Assembly: GCA_965660855.1 (NCBI GenBank)
Contig: CBFIBM010000003.1
Coordinates: 64,001 to 128,000 of the forward strand
Reading direction: 5' to 3'
DNA: 64,000 bases
DNA from: an uncultured bacterium
GTDB taxonomy: Bacteria > Fidelibacterota > Marinisomatia > Marinisomatales > UBA1611
Shown: in pieces, positions 51,000-61,036 of the stretch
Numbering within the stretch: position 1 is the first letter of the stretch
Layout: the number at the start of each line of letters is the position of its first letter
Translations under genes and position numbers: made by a program
The notes under the pieces: generated by a model
Database searches by the model: none
What the model was told of the DNA's origin: nothing
The model's input: only the letters and a program-made list of their open reading frames with translations

Positions 51000-51866
51000 T
51001 CATTCAAACAATAAAGATTCTTTTTCAAGTAGTCTTTGAGCATAAATCTTTGAAAAATAATTATCATTCATAATTTCAGGGAATTGATTAATATCTGAAT
51101 TTAAAACTTCTTTTAGTATTTTATTATACTGTTCACGGTTGCCTTTTTTTTGATGATAAAATTCTGCATAAGATACCCAATTAAATAAATATTCGGGGTG
51201 AGAATCTATTGATTGTTTAAAATAGGTATCAGCTTGGCCAAGTTCCACGCCAGGAATTTTGGTGTATAGTGATCCAAAAAATCGATAAGGACCACTGTAA
51301 TTATAACCAGGGTCAAGAGCAAGTACACGATTCATGAGAACCTCTAGTAGCTCTCTATGGTTTAGTCTTTTTATTACAGGTTGTTCAATTAAATAGTGGG
51401 ATAAGTTTTCAGCCCACCAAAATAACCCAGGTACAACTTCTTTTGGTGCATTTGCTATTGATGCTAAAATTTTAGAAGAACTATCTAAAGTAGATTTATC
51501 TAAAAGTATTTTAACCTTATTATGGTTGAGGATTGCTTGTCTAGAGATTTTAGCTCCTTCTAAAAACAAAGAATCTTTTAATTTAGGATCCATCTCTATA
51601 TTTTTTGCTATGTTGTATTTAATTTTACTTAGCAAAATAGATAATTCAAAATCTATGTGACGTTTATTTTTTGCAAGACTAATAAAATGATCTGCTTTTT
51701 TTAAAGCTTCATCATTGGTTCTTTGTTCCCAAAATAACTTACCTCTTTTAATCAAGAAATTAACATTATCATTATTTGATTTATTTTCAATAGTTGGCTG
51801 AAAGCAACAGACAAAAAATGAAATGAAGAGTAAAGAAAGAAGTTTTTGTTTTAAATGTAAAATAAT
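51000..51866 (-). CDS. TatT-like (TRAP-associated) helical-repeat protein, probable lipoprotein
   Basis: PGLFWWA, RVLALDPGYNYSGPYRFFG, YAEFY, A.RLL...LF motifs; frame open upstream of TTG 51755 and encodes a signal peptide; proposed ATT start at 51866 or 51863. Confidence 0.7.
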   Translation of the reverse strand: MILHLKQKLLSLLFISFFVCCFQPTIENKSNNDNVNFLIKRGKLFWEQRTNDEALKKADHFISLAKNKRHIDFELSILLSKIKYNIAKNIEMDPKLKDSLFLEGAKISRQAILNHNKVKILLDKSTLDSSSKILASIANAPKEVVPGLFWWAENLSHYLIEQPVIKRLNHRELLEVLMNRVLALDPGYNYSGPYRFFGSLYTKIPGVELGQADTYFKQSIDSHPEYLFNWVSYAEFYHQKKGNREQYNKILKEVLNSDINQFPEIMNDNYFSKIYAQRLLEKESLLFE

Positions 51867-51912
51867 ATTTAACCTTATATTAGTGATGACAAATTAAAGG
51901 TATTTATTTATA

Positions 51913-52854
51913 ATGGAAAAGTTGATTACACTAAAATCAGTTAGTTTTTTAGATATATTTGGTTCTGGTGATGAATATTTAAAATTAATTGAGAAATCTT
52001 TGAATGTTACAATTTTTTCAAGGGGAAATAAGGTTAAGATCAGTGGTGATAAAAAAAATACCCTTGCTGCTTATGATACCATTTTGGAGATGATTGAAAT
52101 TATTTCTAAGACTAAATATTTATCAAAAAATGACATTCAAAAAATAATAGCAATAGCACAGAATGAACACTCTGAGGAATCTATTGATTTAAGTAAAGTT
52201 ATTGTTAAGGGTAAAAATGGAGACGTAAAGACTAAAACTATTGGTCAACAAAATTACATTGAAAAAGTAAGAAAAAATGATATAGTTTTTAGCATTGGGC
52301 CAGCTGGTACTGGAAAAACATTTATAGCTGTAGCGTTAGCAGTGAATTATTTGAGACAAAGTAGGATAAATAAAATTATCCTTTGTCGCCCTGCTGTTGA
52401 AACGGGAGAGAGTTTGGGGTTCCTTCCAGGAGATTTGAAAGAAAAAATTGACCCTTATTTAAATCCTCTTTATGATTCATTAAGATATTTATTACCAGAA
52501 AAGATTTTAACTAACTATATTGAGAATAAACTAATTGAAGTTGCTCCGTTAGCCTATATGCGCGGCAGAACACTTGACAATTCATTTATAATATTAGACG
52601 AGGCACAGAATGCAACGGTGGCTCAAATGAAAATGTTTTTAACGAGGCTTGGTATAGGTTCTAAGTCAGTAATCACAGGAGATCTCACTCAAATAGATTT
52701 AAAAAGAAAAGTTGACTCAGGATTACTTCAAGCAATAAAAATATTGAAAAATTTGGACGGTTTGGGTTTTGCTACATTGAATGAAACTGATATTGTTCGA
52801 CATCAGCTTGTTACAAAAATTGTTAAGGCATATGAGAAATTTGAAGCAAGATGA
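51913..52854 (+). CDS. phoH: PhoH-family ATPase
   Basis: GPAGTGKT, RPAVETGE.LGFLPG, AYMRGRTL, DEAQN, VRH.LV. Confidence 0.94.
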   Translation: MEKLITLKSVSFLDIFGSGDEYLKLIEKSLNVTIFSRGNKVKISGDKKNTLAAYDTILEMIEIISKTKYLSKNDIQKIIAIAQNEHSEESIDLSKVIVKGKNGDVKTKTIGQQNYIEKVRKNDIVFSIGPAGTGKTFIAVALAVNYLRQSRINKIILCRPAVETGESLGFLPGDLKEKIDPYLNPLYDSLRYLLPEKILTNYIENKLIEVAPLAYMRGRTLDNSFIILDEAQNATVAQMKMFLTRLGIGSKSVITGDLTQIDLKRKVDSGLLQAIKILKNLDGLGFATLNETDIVRHQLVTKIVKAYEKFEAR

Positions 52855-52941
52855 GATTTTTATTAAGTTTCTTGCTATGGGCAGTTAATGAAATTATTTA
52901 TTAAATTCTTTACTAGTTTTTATACTATAATGAAGGATTAA

Positions 52942-54126
52942 ATGGGTAATAAATCAGTAATTATTAAGGCAAAAAGGACCCCAATTGGATCTTTCCAAGG
53001 AAAACTCTCAAGTTTTTCTTCTCCAGAACTTGCCGCTGAAGTGATAAAAAGTATTCTAAGGACTGTGAACTTGGGAAAATATAAACCTGACGAAATTATC
53101 TTGGGTAATGTTTTAACTAGCGGACTTGGGCAAGCACCAGCAAGGCAAGCAGCAATATATGGAGGATGTGGTAAATCAATTGAAACATTAACAATAAATA
53201 AAATGTGTGGTTCTGGTTTAAAAGCAGTAATGCTCGCAGATCAAGCAATAAGATCTGGAAATGCTAACATAATTTTAGCAGGTGGAATGGAAAGTATGTC
53301 GAACTCTCCTTATTTATTAAATAAAGCTAGGTCTGGGTTTAAACTAGGACATGGTAGAATAATTGACAGTGTAATTCATGATGGTCTTTGGGACGCTTAC
53401 AATAATAAACATATGGGAAACTTTGCAGAAATGTTAGCTAAAGATCAAGGATATAGTCGAAAAGAGCAAGATGCATATGCAATATTATCTTATGAAAAAG
53501 CATTAAAATCTCAATTAAATAACTCTTTTGATTCAGAAATAATTCCAATTATATATAACGATAAGAAAAAAAATAAAATTGAAGTATTTCAAGATGAGGA
53601 ACCTCAAAAAGTATCTTTTGATAAAATTGAGAAGTTAAAACCTGCTTTTGACCCCGAAGGAACAATCACGGCTGCAAATGCATCATCTCTCAATGATGGT
53701 GCTTCAGTTTTATTAATTATGAATGAAGAAAAGGCTAGAGATTTGGATTTGAATCCAATAGCAAAAATAATTTCTCATTGCTCATACGCTCATGAGCCAG
53801 AATGGTTTACTACCGCTCCATCCAAAGCAATCGATAAGGTTTTAAAAAAAGCTTCAATGAGCCATAATGATATAGGTTTATGGGAAATAAATGAGGCATT
53901 TTCAGTTGTCGCAATGTCTGCAATAGATAATTATAAACTTGATATAGATTATGTGAATGTTTTTGGTGGTGCTGTTGCCTTGGGTCATCCAATTGGTGCA
54001 TCAGGAGCAAGAATTTTAACAACCTTATTAAATGGTATGAATAAAAAAAATATTGACGTTGGTTTAGCTGCAATATGTATTGGTGGTGGTGAAGCGTCAG
54101 CAATGATTGTGGAAAAATTTGATTAA
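52942..54126 (+). CDS. Acetyl-CoA C-acetyltransferase (thiolase, AtoB-like)
   Basis: NKMCGSG, NEAF, GHPIGASG, CIGGG. Confidence 0.94.
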   Translation: MGNKSVIIKAKRTPIGSFQGKLSSFSSPELAAEVIKSILRTVNLGKYKPDEIILGNVLTSGLGQAPARQAAIYGGCGKSIETLTINKMCGSGLKAVMLADQAIRSGNANIILAGGMESMSNSPYLLNKARSGFKLGHGRIIDSVIHDGLWDAYNNKHMGNFAEMLAKDQGYSRKEQDAYAILSYEKALKSQLNNSFDSEIIPIIYNDKKKNKIEVFQDEEPQKVSFDKIEKLKPAFDPEGTITAANASSLNDGASVLLIMNEEKARDLDLNPIAKIISHCSYAHEPEWFTTAPSKAIDKVLKKASMSHNDIGLWEINEAFSVVAMSAIDNYKLDIDYVNVFGGAVALGHPIGASGARILTTLLNGMNKKNIDVGLAAICIGGGEASAMIVEKFD

Positions 54127-55261
54127 TTTTAACTTGACTGAAGAGCAATTGATGGTGCAAAAAACTGCACAAGAATTTGCTAGGACTCATTTAGAACCTG
54201 GTGTTTTAAAAAGAGACGAATTATCTCATTTCCCAAAAGAGCAAATTAAAATGATGGGAGAGTTGGGCTTTATGGGAATGATGGTTCCTGAAAAATGGGG
54301 TGGTTCGGGGATGGACACTTTAAGTTTTACTTTAGCAATTGAAGAAATTGCATCAGTGGAGTTGGCTTCTTCAACAATAATGTCTGTTAATAATTCTTTA
54401 GTGTGTCAAGTTTTAGAAGATTGGGGTACAGAATATCAGAAAATTAAATATTTGAAAGATTTATCAAGTGGTTTGAAGCTAGGAGCATATTCTTTAAGTG
54501 AACCGCAATCAGGATCAGATGCTAGTAATATGAAAGCTGTAGCTAAAAAAAGTGGCAACTCGTATATTATAAACGGCGTTAAAAACTGGGTTACAAATGG
54601 TGAAAGTTCTGATTTTATTATTTTATTCTGCGTAACTGGAAATACTGAAAAAGGAAAAGAAATTTCTGCATTCATAGTAGATAAAAAATTTGATGGGATT
54701 AAAACTGGTAAAAAAGAAGATAAATTAGGGCTTAGGGCTTCGGATACATGTGAGATATATTTTGAAAATTGCATTGTTCCTCAGGAAAATCTTTTAGGAA
54801 AACTTGGTGATGGTTACAGAATTGCAATGAAAACTTTAGGCGGAGGTAGAATTGGTATTGCGGCCCAATCAGTTGGTTTAGCAAGGGCAGCATTGGAAAA
54901 AGCAATCTCATATTCAAAGGAAAGAGAACAATTTGGGAAAAAAATTAATCAATTTGGGTCCATAAGAAATAAAATAGCAGATATGGCAACAAATATTGAT
55001 GCAGCTAGATTACTTGTTTGGAAAGCCGCATTTTTAAAAGATCAAGGAGAACCTTACAATAAAGAGAGCTCAATGGCTAAATTATTTTCATCAAATGTTG
55101 CTATGCAATCTGCAACTGAATGTGTCCAGATTCATGGTGGATATGGTTATATCCAAGAGTATGGAGTAGAGCGTTTAATGCGAGATGCTAAGATAACTCA
55201 GATATATGAAGGAACCTCAGAAATACAAAGAATTGTGATTAGCAGGGAACTAACAAAATAA
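54119..55261 (+). CDS. Acyl-CoA dehydrogenase (short/branched-chain type)
   Basis: LSEPQSGSDA, NGVKNWVTNG, GGRIGIAAQ, QIHGGYGY, IYEGTSEIQ; TTG 54119 likely start. Confidence 0.93.
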   Translation: MINFNLTEEQLMVQKTAQEFARTHLEPGVLKRDELSHFPKEQIKMMGELGFMGMMVPEKWGGSGMDTLSFTLAIEEIASVELASSTIMSVNNSLVCQVLEDWGTEYQKIKYLKDLSSGLKLGAYSLSEPQSGSDASNMKAVAKKSGNSYIINGVKNWVTNGESSDFIILFCVTGNTEKGKEISAFIVDKKFDGIKTGKKEDKLGLRASDTCEIYFENCIVPQENLLGKLGDGYRIAMKTLGGGRIGIAAQSVGLARAALEKAISYSKEREQFGKKINQFGSIRNKIADMATNIDAARLLVWKAAFLKDQGEPYNKESSMAKLFSSNVAMQSATECVQIHGGYGYIQEYGVERLMRDAKITQIYEGTSEIQRIVISRELTK

Positions 55262-55262
55262 A

Positions 55263-56276
55263 ATGATAAGTATAGATTGGGATAAATTAGGTTTTGATGT
55301 AATACCAACAAAAAGTATGTTTAAGGCGACATGTAACCAAAATGGAAAATGGGAAAATGGATCCATAGTTCCATATGGGAATATAGAATTATCACCAGCT
55401 GCAAATGTATTAAATTATGGTCAAGGTGCTTTCGAAGGTGTCAAGGCTTTTAGAACATCAAAAAATAATACTGTTTTATTCCGTGTTGATAAAAATGCAG
55501 CAAGAATGGCTCATTCTACTAAAAGATTATGTATTCCTGAAATGGATGTAGATTTTTTCATTGAATCTGTTATAAAAACTGTAAAAGATAATATTGAATA
55601 CGTACCTCCTCATGGAAAAGGAAGTCTATATATAAGACCTGTTGTTTGGGGAACCTCAATTGGAATTGGTGTTAAACCAGCTACAGAGTACACTTTCATG
55701 ATTTTTGTTACCCCGGTTGGACCATATTTTAAAAAAGGAATTAATCCATTAAACCTTAAAGTTACAGATCATTACCATAGAGCTGCTCCAAAAGGAATTG
55801 GAAATATCAAAGCAATAGGGAATTATTCTGCCTCACTTTTACCTTTAAGCGAAGCAAAAGATGAGGGGTTTGATGAAGTAATCTATTTAGACGCGGCAAA
55901 TGAAGAATATATTGAAGAGGTTGGTTCAGCTAATATGTTCATTATAAAGAGGGGTATTATTTATACCCCCCCTCTATCAGGGTCTATTCTTGGTGGGGTT
56001 ACAAGGGATTCAGTTTGTTTAGTAGCAGAAAAAATACTAAAGATTCCTGTAAAAGAATTAAATATAAACTTTCAGGATTTAATAAGCGCTGATGAAGTTT
56101 TTTGCACAGGAACTGCTGTTGTTGTTTCGCCTATTGGAAAAATATCTTTTAATGGATTAAACCATAAAATAAATAATAATGAAATGGGTAAGATTACAAA
56201 AAAAATTAGAGAAACAATTTTAGCTATTCAAAATGAGCAATTATCCGATGCTTATGATTGGTTAAAATATATCTAG
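55263..56276 (+). CDS. ilvE: Branched-chain amino acid aminotransferase
   Basis: NYGQGAFEGVKA, SLYIRP, KAIGNY, IL.GVTR, GTAVVV. Confidence 0.93.
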   Translation: MISIDWDKLGFDVIPTKSMFKATCNQNGKWENGSIVPYGNIELSPAANVLNYGQGAFEGVKAFRTSKNNTVLFRVDKNAARMAHSTKRLCIPEMDVDFFIESVIKTVKDNIEYVPPHGKGSLYIRPVVWGTSIGIGVKPATEYTFMIFVTPVGPYFKKGINPLNLKVTDHYHRAAPKGIGNIKAIGNYSASLLPLSEAKDEGFDEVIYLDAANEEYIEEVGSANMFIIKRGIIYTPPLSGSILGGVTRDSVCLVAEKILKIPVKELNINFQDLISADEVFCTGTAVVVSPIGKISFNGLNHKINNNEMGKITKKIRETILAIQNEQLSDAYDWLKYI

Positions 56277-56277
56277 G

Positions 56278-56703
56278 ATGAAAATACATTCAAGAAGGAA
56301 AGCAAGAGAAGGCGTACTGGAAGCGCTATTTTCACATCAATTTTCAGATGTTGAAAGGGAAATAACCATTAAACGTGTTTTAGAAAATGCACCTGAGAGA
56401 GAAGAAAATATTGCTTTTATTAATGCTTTATTTAATAGTGTAATGGATAATTATGAGTGGGCTGACCAAATAATAGAGACTCATCTTCAGAATTGGGAGT
56501 TTAATAGAGTTGCAAAGGTAGATAAAGTATTATTAAGAATGGGTATATGTGAAATTTATTTTCTAGATGATATACCCCCTAAAGTATCAATTAGTGAGAT
56601 GGTTGAAATCTCAAAGGTCTATAGTACTGATGAAAGTCCTGTTTTTATAAATGGTATTTTGGATACAGTTTATAAAGATTTTCAAAAAAAAGGAAAAACA
56701 TAA
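56278..56703 (+). CDS. nusB: Transcription antitermination factor NusB
   Basis: RRKARE, IPPKVSISE.VE..K.Y, FINGILD. Confidence 0.94.
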   Translation: MKIHSRRKAREGVLEALFSHQFSDVEREITIKRVLENAPEREENIAFINALFNSVMDNYEWADQIIETHLQNWEFNRVAKVDKVLLRMGICEIYFLDDIPPKVSISEMVEISKVYSTDESPVFINGILDTVYKDFQKKGKT

Positions 56704-56705
56704 GA

Positions 56706-59700
56706 ATGATTTTTACAAAATTATTTGGTACAAAATCCGATAGGGAGATTAAAAAATTATCTAATATTATCTCTCAAATTAATCAACAATACGAAAATTT
56801 AGCGTCACAAAGCGATGAAGGTTTAGTTGAAAGAACTAAAGAATTAAAAGAATTTGTAATGAACTCAAGAAAAGAGAAAGAGAATTCTTTACCTTCGAAT
56901 ATGGATCAAGAGGAAAGGAAAAAAGAAATTCTAAAAGCTGAGCAAGGTGCACTCGGTTTAATCATGGTGGAAGCTTTTGCAATTGTTAAGGATGTCTCTA
57001 GGAGAATGTTTGGATCCTCATGGAGGGTCTCAGAGCATGAGATAACTTGGGAAATGATACCTTATGATGTTCAGTTAATTGGAGCTATCATTTTACATAA
57101 TGGAAAAGTAGCAGAAATGAAAACTGGTGAGGGTAAAACACTTGTGGCGACAATGCCAATTTATTTAAATGCTTTAACAGGAAGAGGCGTCCATGTTATC
57201 ACGGTAAATGATTACCTTGCTCAAAGAGATGCAGAATGGATGGGGCAAGTATACAAGCGGTTGGGTTTATCTGTTGGATATATTTTAAATTCAATGGACA
57301 ATGTAGAAAGAAGAGAAATGTATAATCGAGATATTACCTATGGAACCAACAATGAGTTTGGTTTTGATTATTTAAGAGATAATATGTCTTTAAGAAAAGA
57401 AGACAAGGTTCAGCGAGGGCATGCTTTTGCAATAGTAGATGAGGTTGATAGTGTCCTTATTGATGAAGCTAGAACGCCTTTAATAATATCAGGTGCTGTT
57501 GATGCTCCAGTAGATGAAACTTTTACAACTCTAAAACCTGGGGTGCAGCGATTAGTTAAAAAACAAACAAATTTAGTTGCAGACTTGGTAAGAGAAGCTC
57601 AAAGATTTCTTGAGGAAGGTGATGAAGAAAAAGCAGGCCTTAAACTTCTACAGGCTCAAAGAGGAATGCCAAAACATAAGCTTGTAATGAAGATTTTCCA
57701 AGAAACGGGTATGTTGAAACTAGCTCAAAATGTAGAGTCTGATCACATTAGAGATAAAAAAATGCATGAAGTTGATGATGATTTATTTTTCTCAATTGAG
57801 GAAAAAAGTCATGTGATGGATATCACTGAAAAAGGACGAAATGTACTTTCACCTGAAAATCCTGATACATTTATTATTCCAGACTTAGGAGAGCTTTTAC
57901 TAGAAATTGATGAAAATGAGAACCTTGATAAACTTGAAAAAGATAAGGAACGTGAAAAAGCACATCAATTGCACGCTGAAAGAAGCGGTACCATTCATAA
58001 TTTTAATCAACTTTTAAAAGCATATACTTTATACGAGAAAGATGTCGAGTATGTGCTTGAGGGTGGGAAAGTAATGATCGTGGATGAGTTTACAGGCAGA
58101 GTCCTGCCCGGAAGAAGATATTCAGATGGACTCCATCAGGCTCTTGAGGCAAAAGAAAATGTACGAATAGAGCGTGAAACTCAAACTCTAGCAACTATTA
58201 CAATTCAAAATTATTTTAGACTCTATGATAAACTAGCAGGTATGACAGGGACTGCTGAAACTGAAGCAGAAGAACTTGGTTCAATATATGGGTTGGATGT
58301 AACTGTAATACCTACACATAGACCCATATCAAGAGAAGATAGAGAAGATCTGGTTTATAAAACAAAACGTGAAAAATATAATGCAGTTATTGACGAAATT
58401 ATTGATTGCCATAAGAGAGGACAACCCGTTCTGGTTGGAACAATTTCTGTTGAAATTTCAGAGTTACTTGCACGGATGTTAAAAAGAAAAAGTATCCCTC
58501 ATAATGTTTTGAATGCTAAACAGCATAAAAGCGAAGCAGAAGTTGTGAGTAGAGCAGGTCAAAATGGAGCAGTTACTATTGCTACAAATATGGCTGGAAG
58601 AGGAACTGATATTAAATTAGTTGATGGTATAAAAGAGCTAGGTGGCTTGCATATAATAGGAACAGAGAGGCATGAATCGAGGAGAATTGATTTACAGTTA
58701 AGAGGAAGAAGTGGAAGGCAAGGCGATCCTGGATCTTCTATATTTTATTTATCACTTGAAGACGATTTAATGAGACTTTTTAGTTCAGATAAAGTTGCTG
58801 CAATTATGGATCGAATGGGTATTGAAGAAGGTGAAGTTATATCGGCAAAAATGGTTACAAGAGCGATATCAAATGCTCAGAAAAAAGTAGAAGTAAGAAA
58901 TTATGGTATTAGAAAACATTTACTAGAATACGATGATGTTATGAATCAGCAAAGGCAAGTTGTTTATGATATTCGTAATCAAGCTTTGGAGGGTGATAAC
59001 CTAGATCAATCAGTCTCCTTACTATTAAATGATTTTATTGAAGAGGAACTTGAATCTCAAAGCCAAAATGGGACACCGGATATGTGGGAATGGGATTATT
59101 TAAGACAATATTTTTCAAGTCACGTTTTGGTTGATGTCGAGTATGATAAATTAAAAAAAGAATTAAAAAATGAAGATCCTAACTTTGAGGAAATTTCAAA
59201 TTGGATTAAAGAAAAAGCGAGTGCTATTTATAAAGCTAGAGAGTCTTTACTTGATGAAGAAGCAATGAAAGGTTTTGAGAGATTTGTGATGCTCCGGACA
59301 ATTGATGATAAATGGAAAGATCATCTCTACGGTATGGATCAATTACGAGAGGGTATTAATCTTAGAGCTTACGGCCAAAAGAACCCACTTTTAGAATATA
59401 AATCTGAAGGTTTTAAAATGTTTCAGGAGATGATGGCGGATATGAATGCTATAATAATCAAAAGATTATTTCGTACTCAGATACAAGGATTAGATCAAGT
59501 AAATACAAACAATAGACGAGTTGTTAAAAATATGCAAACTTCTCACCAAGATACAACTGGTATGGGCTTTTCAGGGGGGCGAACTCAAGATAAGAACAAT
59601 CAGCCTCAACAAGTCAGAGTTCCTCTGCAAGCGGAAGTAAAACATGGAAGAAATGAAAAAATTTCTGTAAGGGATCCTAATGGTAACACAGTTGAAATAA

Positions 59701-59750
59701 AGTTTAAAAAATTAGAATCTTATCTCAAAAAAGGGTACACACAGGTTTAA
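56706..59750 (+). CDS. secA: Preprotein translocase subunit SecA
   Basis: EMKTGEGKT, DEVDSVLIDEARTPLIISG, ATNMAGRGTDI, GRSGRQGDPG. Confidence 0.98.
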   Translation: MIFTKLFGTKSDREIKKLSNIISQINQQYENLASQSDEGLVERTKELKEFVMNSRKEKENSLPSNMDQEERKKEILKAEQGALGLIMVEAFAIVKDVSRRMFGSSWRVSEHEITWEMIPYDVQLIGAIILHNGKVAEMKTGEGKTLVATMPIYLNALTGRGVHVITVNDYLAQRDAEWMGQVYKRLGLSVGYILNSMDNVERREMYNRDITYGTNNEFGFDYLRDNMSLRKEDKVQRGHAFAIVDEVDSVLIDEARTPLIISGAVDAPVDETFTTLKPGVQRLVKKQTNLVADLVREAQRFLEEGDEEKAGLKLLQAQRGMPKHKLVMKIFQETGMLKLAQNVESDHIRDKKMHEVDDDLFFSIEEKSHVMDITEKGRNVLSPENPDTFIIPDLGELLLEIDENENLDKLEKDKEREKAHQLHAERSGTIHNFNQLLKAYTLYEKDVEYVLEGGKVMIVDEFTGRVLPGRRYSDGLHQALEAKENVRIERETQTLATITIQNYFRLYDKLAGMTGTAETEAEELGSIYGLDVTVIPTHRPISREDREDLVYKTKREKYNAVIDEIIDCHKRGQPVLVGTISVEISELLARMLKRKSIPHNVLNAKQHKSEAEVVSRAGQNGAVTIATNMAGRGTDIKLVDGIKELGGLHIIGTERHESRRIDLQLRGRSGRQGDPGSSIFYLSLEDDLMRLFSSDKVAAIMDRMGIEEGEVISAKMVTRAISNAQKKVEVRNYGIRKHLLEYDDVMNQQRQVVYDIRNQALEGDNLDQSVSLLLNDFIEEELESQSQNGTPDMWEWDYLRQYFSSHVLVDVEYDKLKKELKNEDPNFEEISNWIKEKASAIYKARESLLDEEAMKGFERFVMLRTIDDKWKDHLYGMDQLREGINLRAYGQKNPLLEYKSEGFKMFQEMMADMNAIIIKRLFRTQIQGLDQVNTNNRRVVKNMQTSHQDTTGMGFSGGRTQDKNNQPQQVRVPLQAEVKHGRNEKISVRDPNGNTVEIKFKKLESYLKKGYTQV

Positions 59751-59751
59751 T

Positions 59752-60918
59752 ATGGAAAATAAATTAAAGTTTATTACTAAATCAATTCATGTAGGTAACA
59801 AGCCTGATTCTTTGACTGGAGCTGTAATACCACCCTTGAATATGACATCTACATTCCAACAAGAGAGTGTTGGTGTTAATAAAGGTTTTGATTATTCTAG
59901 GGCTGGGAACCCCACCACTAAAAGGTATGAGGAAAACATTGCTTCATTAGAGGCTTGTGATTTTGCAATCTCTTTCTCAAGTGGAATGGCCGCAATAGCT
60001 GCATTATTTCAGTTATTAAAAAAAGGAGACCATGTAGTAATCGGACGAAATACTTATGGTGGTACCTATAGGTTTACAACACAAATATTAAAAAAGCATG
60101 GTTTTGAGTTTGATTTTGTTGATACAAGAAATATCAGTGAGATAAAATCTTCAATTAAGCCAAATACAAAATGGGTATTTGTTGAGACTCCGACAAATCC
60201 TTTACTTGAATTATGCGATATTAAAGAGACATCAGAATTATGTAAAAAGGAAAAAGTTTTTTTAGCAGTTGACAATACATTTATGAGTCCCTACGGACAA
60301 TCTCCAATTGCATTAGGTGCAGATGTAGTTATGCATAGTGCAACCAAGTATATTGGAGGTCACAGTGATTTAATTTCAGGTGTATTGATAACCAATAAAA
60401 AGCCTATTGCTGATAGTTTATATTTTATACAAAAATCTGGAGGGGCAATCCCATCCCCTTTTGATTCTTGGCTTTTACTTAGAAGTACGAAGACTCTTGG
60501 ACTTCGTGTGCAAAGACAATCTGATAATGCTTTTAAATTAGCAAAAATTTTGGAGGGGCATAATGCAATTAATTCTATCATTTACCCAGGCTTAGAAAGT
60601 CATCCTCAAAATAAAATAGCTATTAAACAGCAATTAAACCCAGATGGAAAGCCTATTTTTGGGAGTGTTTTTTCAATAATACTAAAATCATTAGAAAAAA
60701 GAGATGATTTTTTAAGAAAAATTAAGTTATTCACTTTAGCCGAGAGCCTAGGTGGTGTGGAAAGCTTAGTTTCAGTTCCATATGATATGACACATGTATC
60801 AGTTCCTGTTGAAGTGAAAAAGGATATGGGCTTACCAAAAACACTTGTAAGGTTATCGGTTGGCATAGAAGATTTAGAAGATTTACGTTTAGATATTATG
60901 CAGGCACTTAAAGATTAA
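59752..60918 (+). CDS. Cystathionine gamma-synthase/lyase family PLP enzyme
   Basis: YSRAGNPT, ETPTNP, VDNTF, HSATKYIGGHSD, AESLGGVESL, RLSVGIED. Confidence 0.93.
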   Translation: MENKLKFITKSIHVGNKPDSLTGAVIPPLNMTSTFQQESVGVNKGFDYSRAGNPTTKRYEENIASLEACDFAISFSSGMAAIAALFQLLKKGDHVVIGRNTYGGTYRFTTQILKKHGFEFDFVDTRNISEIKSSIKPNTKWVFVETPTNPLLELCDIKETSELCKKEKVFLAVDNTFMSPYGQSPIALGADVVMHSATKYIGGHSDLISGVLITNKKPIADSLYFIQKSGGAIPSPFDSWLLLRSTKTLGLRVQRQSDNAFKLAKILEGHNAINSIIYPGLESHPQNKIAIKQQLNPDGKPIFGSVFSIILKSLEKRDDFLRKIKLFTLAESLGGVESLVSVPYDMTHVSVPVEVKKDMGLPKTLVRLSVGIEDLEDLRLDIMQALKD

Positions 60919-61036
60919 TTTATGAGTGATATATCGATAGAAAATCGTTATTTTATATAACCTTTATTAATATAAGATTTTAATAGTACTCACATTTTTT
61001 AATAATTTAAAGCTTTTAATATAGTTGGAGGATCTT

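Noticed and set aside
52942..60918. Thiolase, acyl-CoA dehydrogenase, ilvE, nusB, secA and Cys/Met lyase run as a novel pathway
   Set aside because: All are ordinary enzymes; the first three fit branched-chain amino acid catabolism and the rest looks like operon concatenation in a compact genome.
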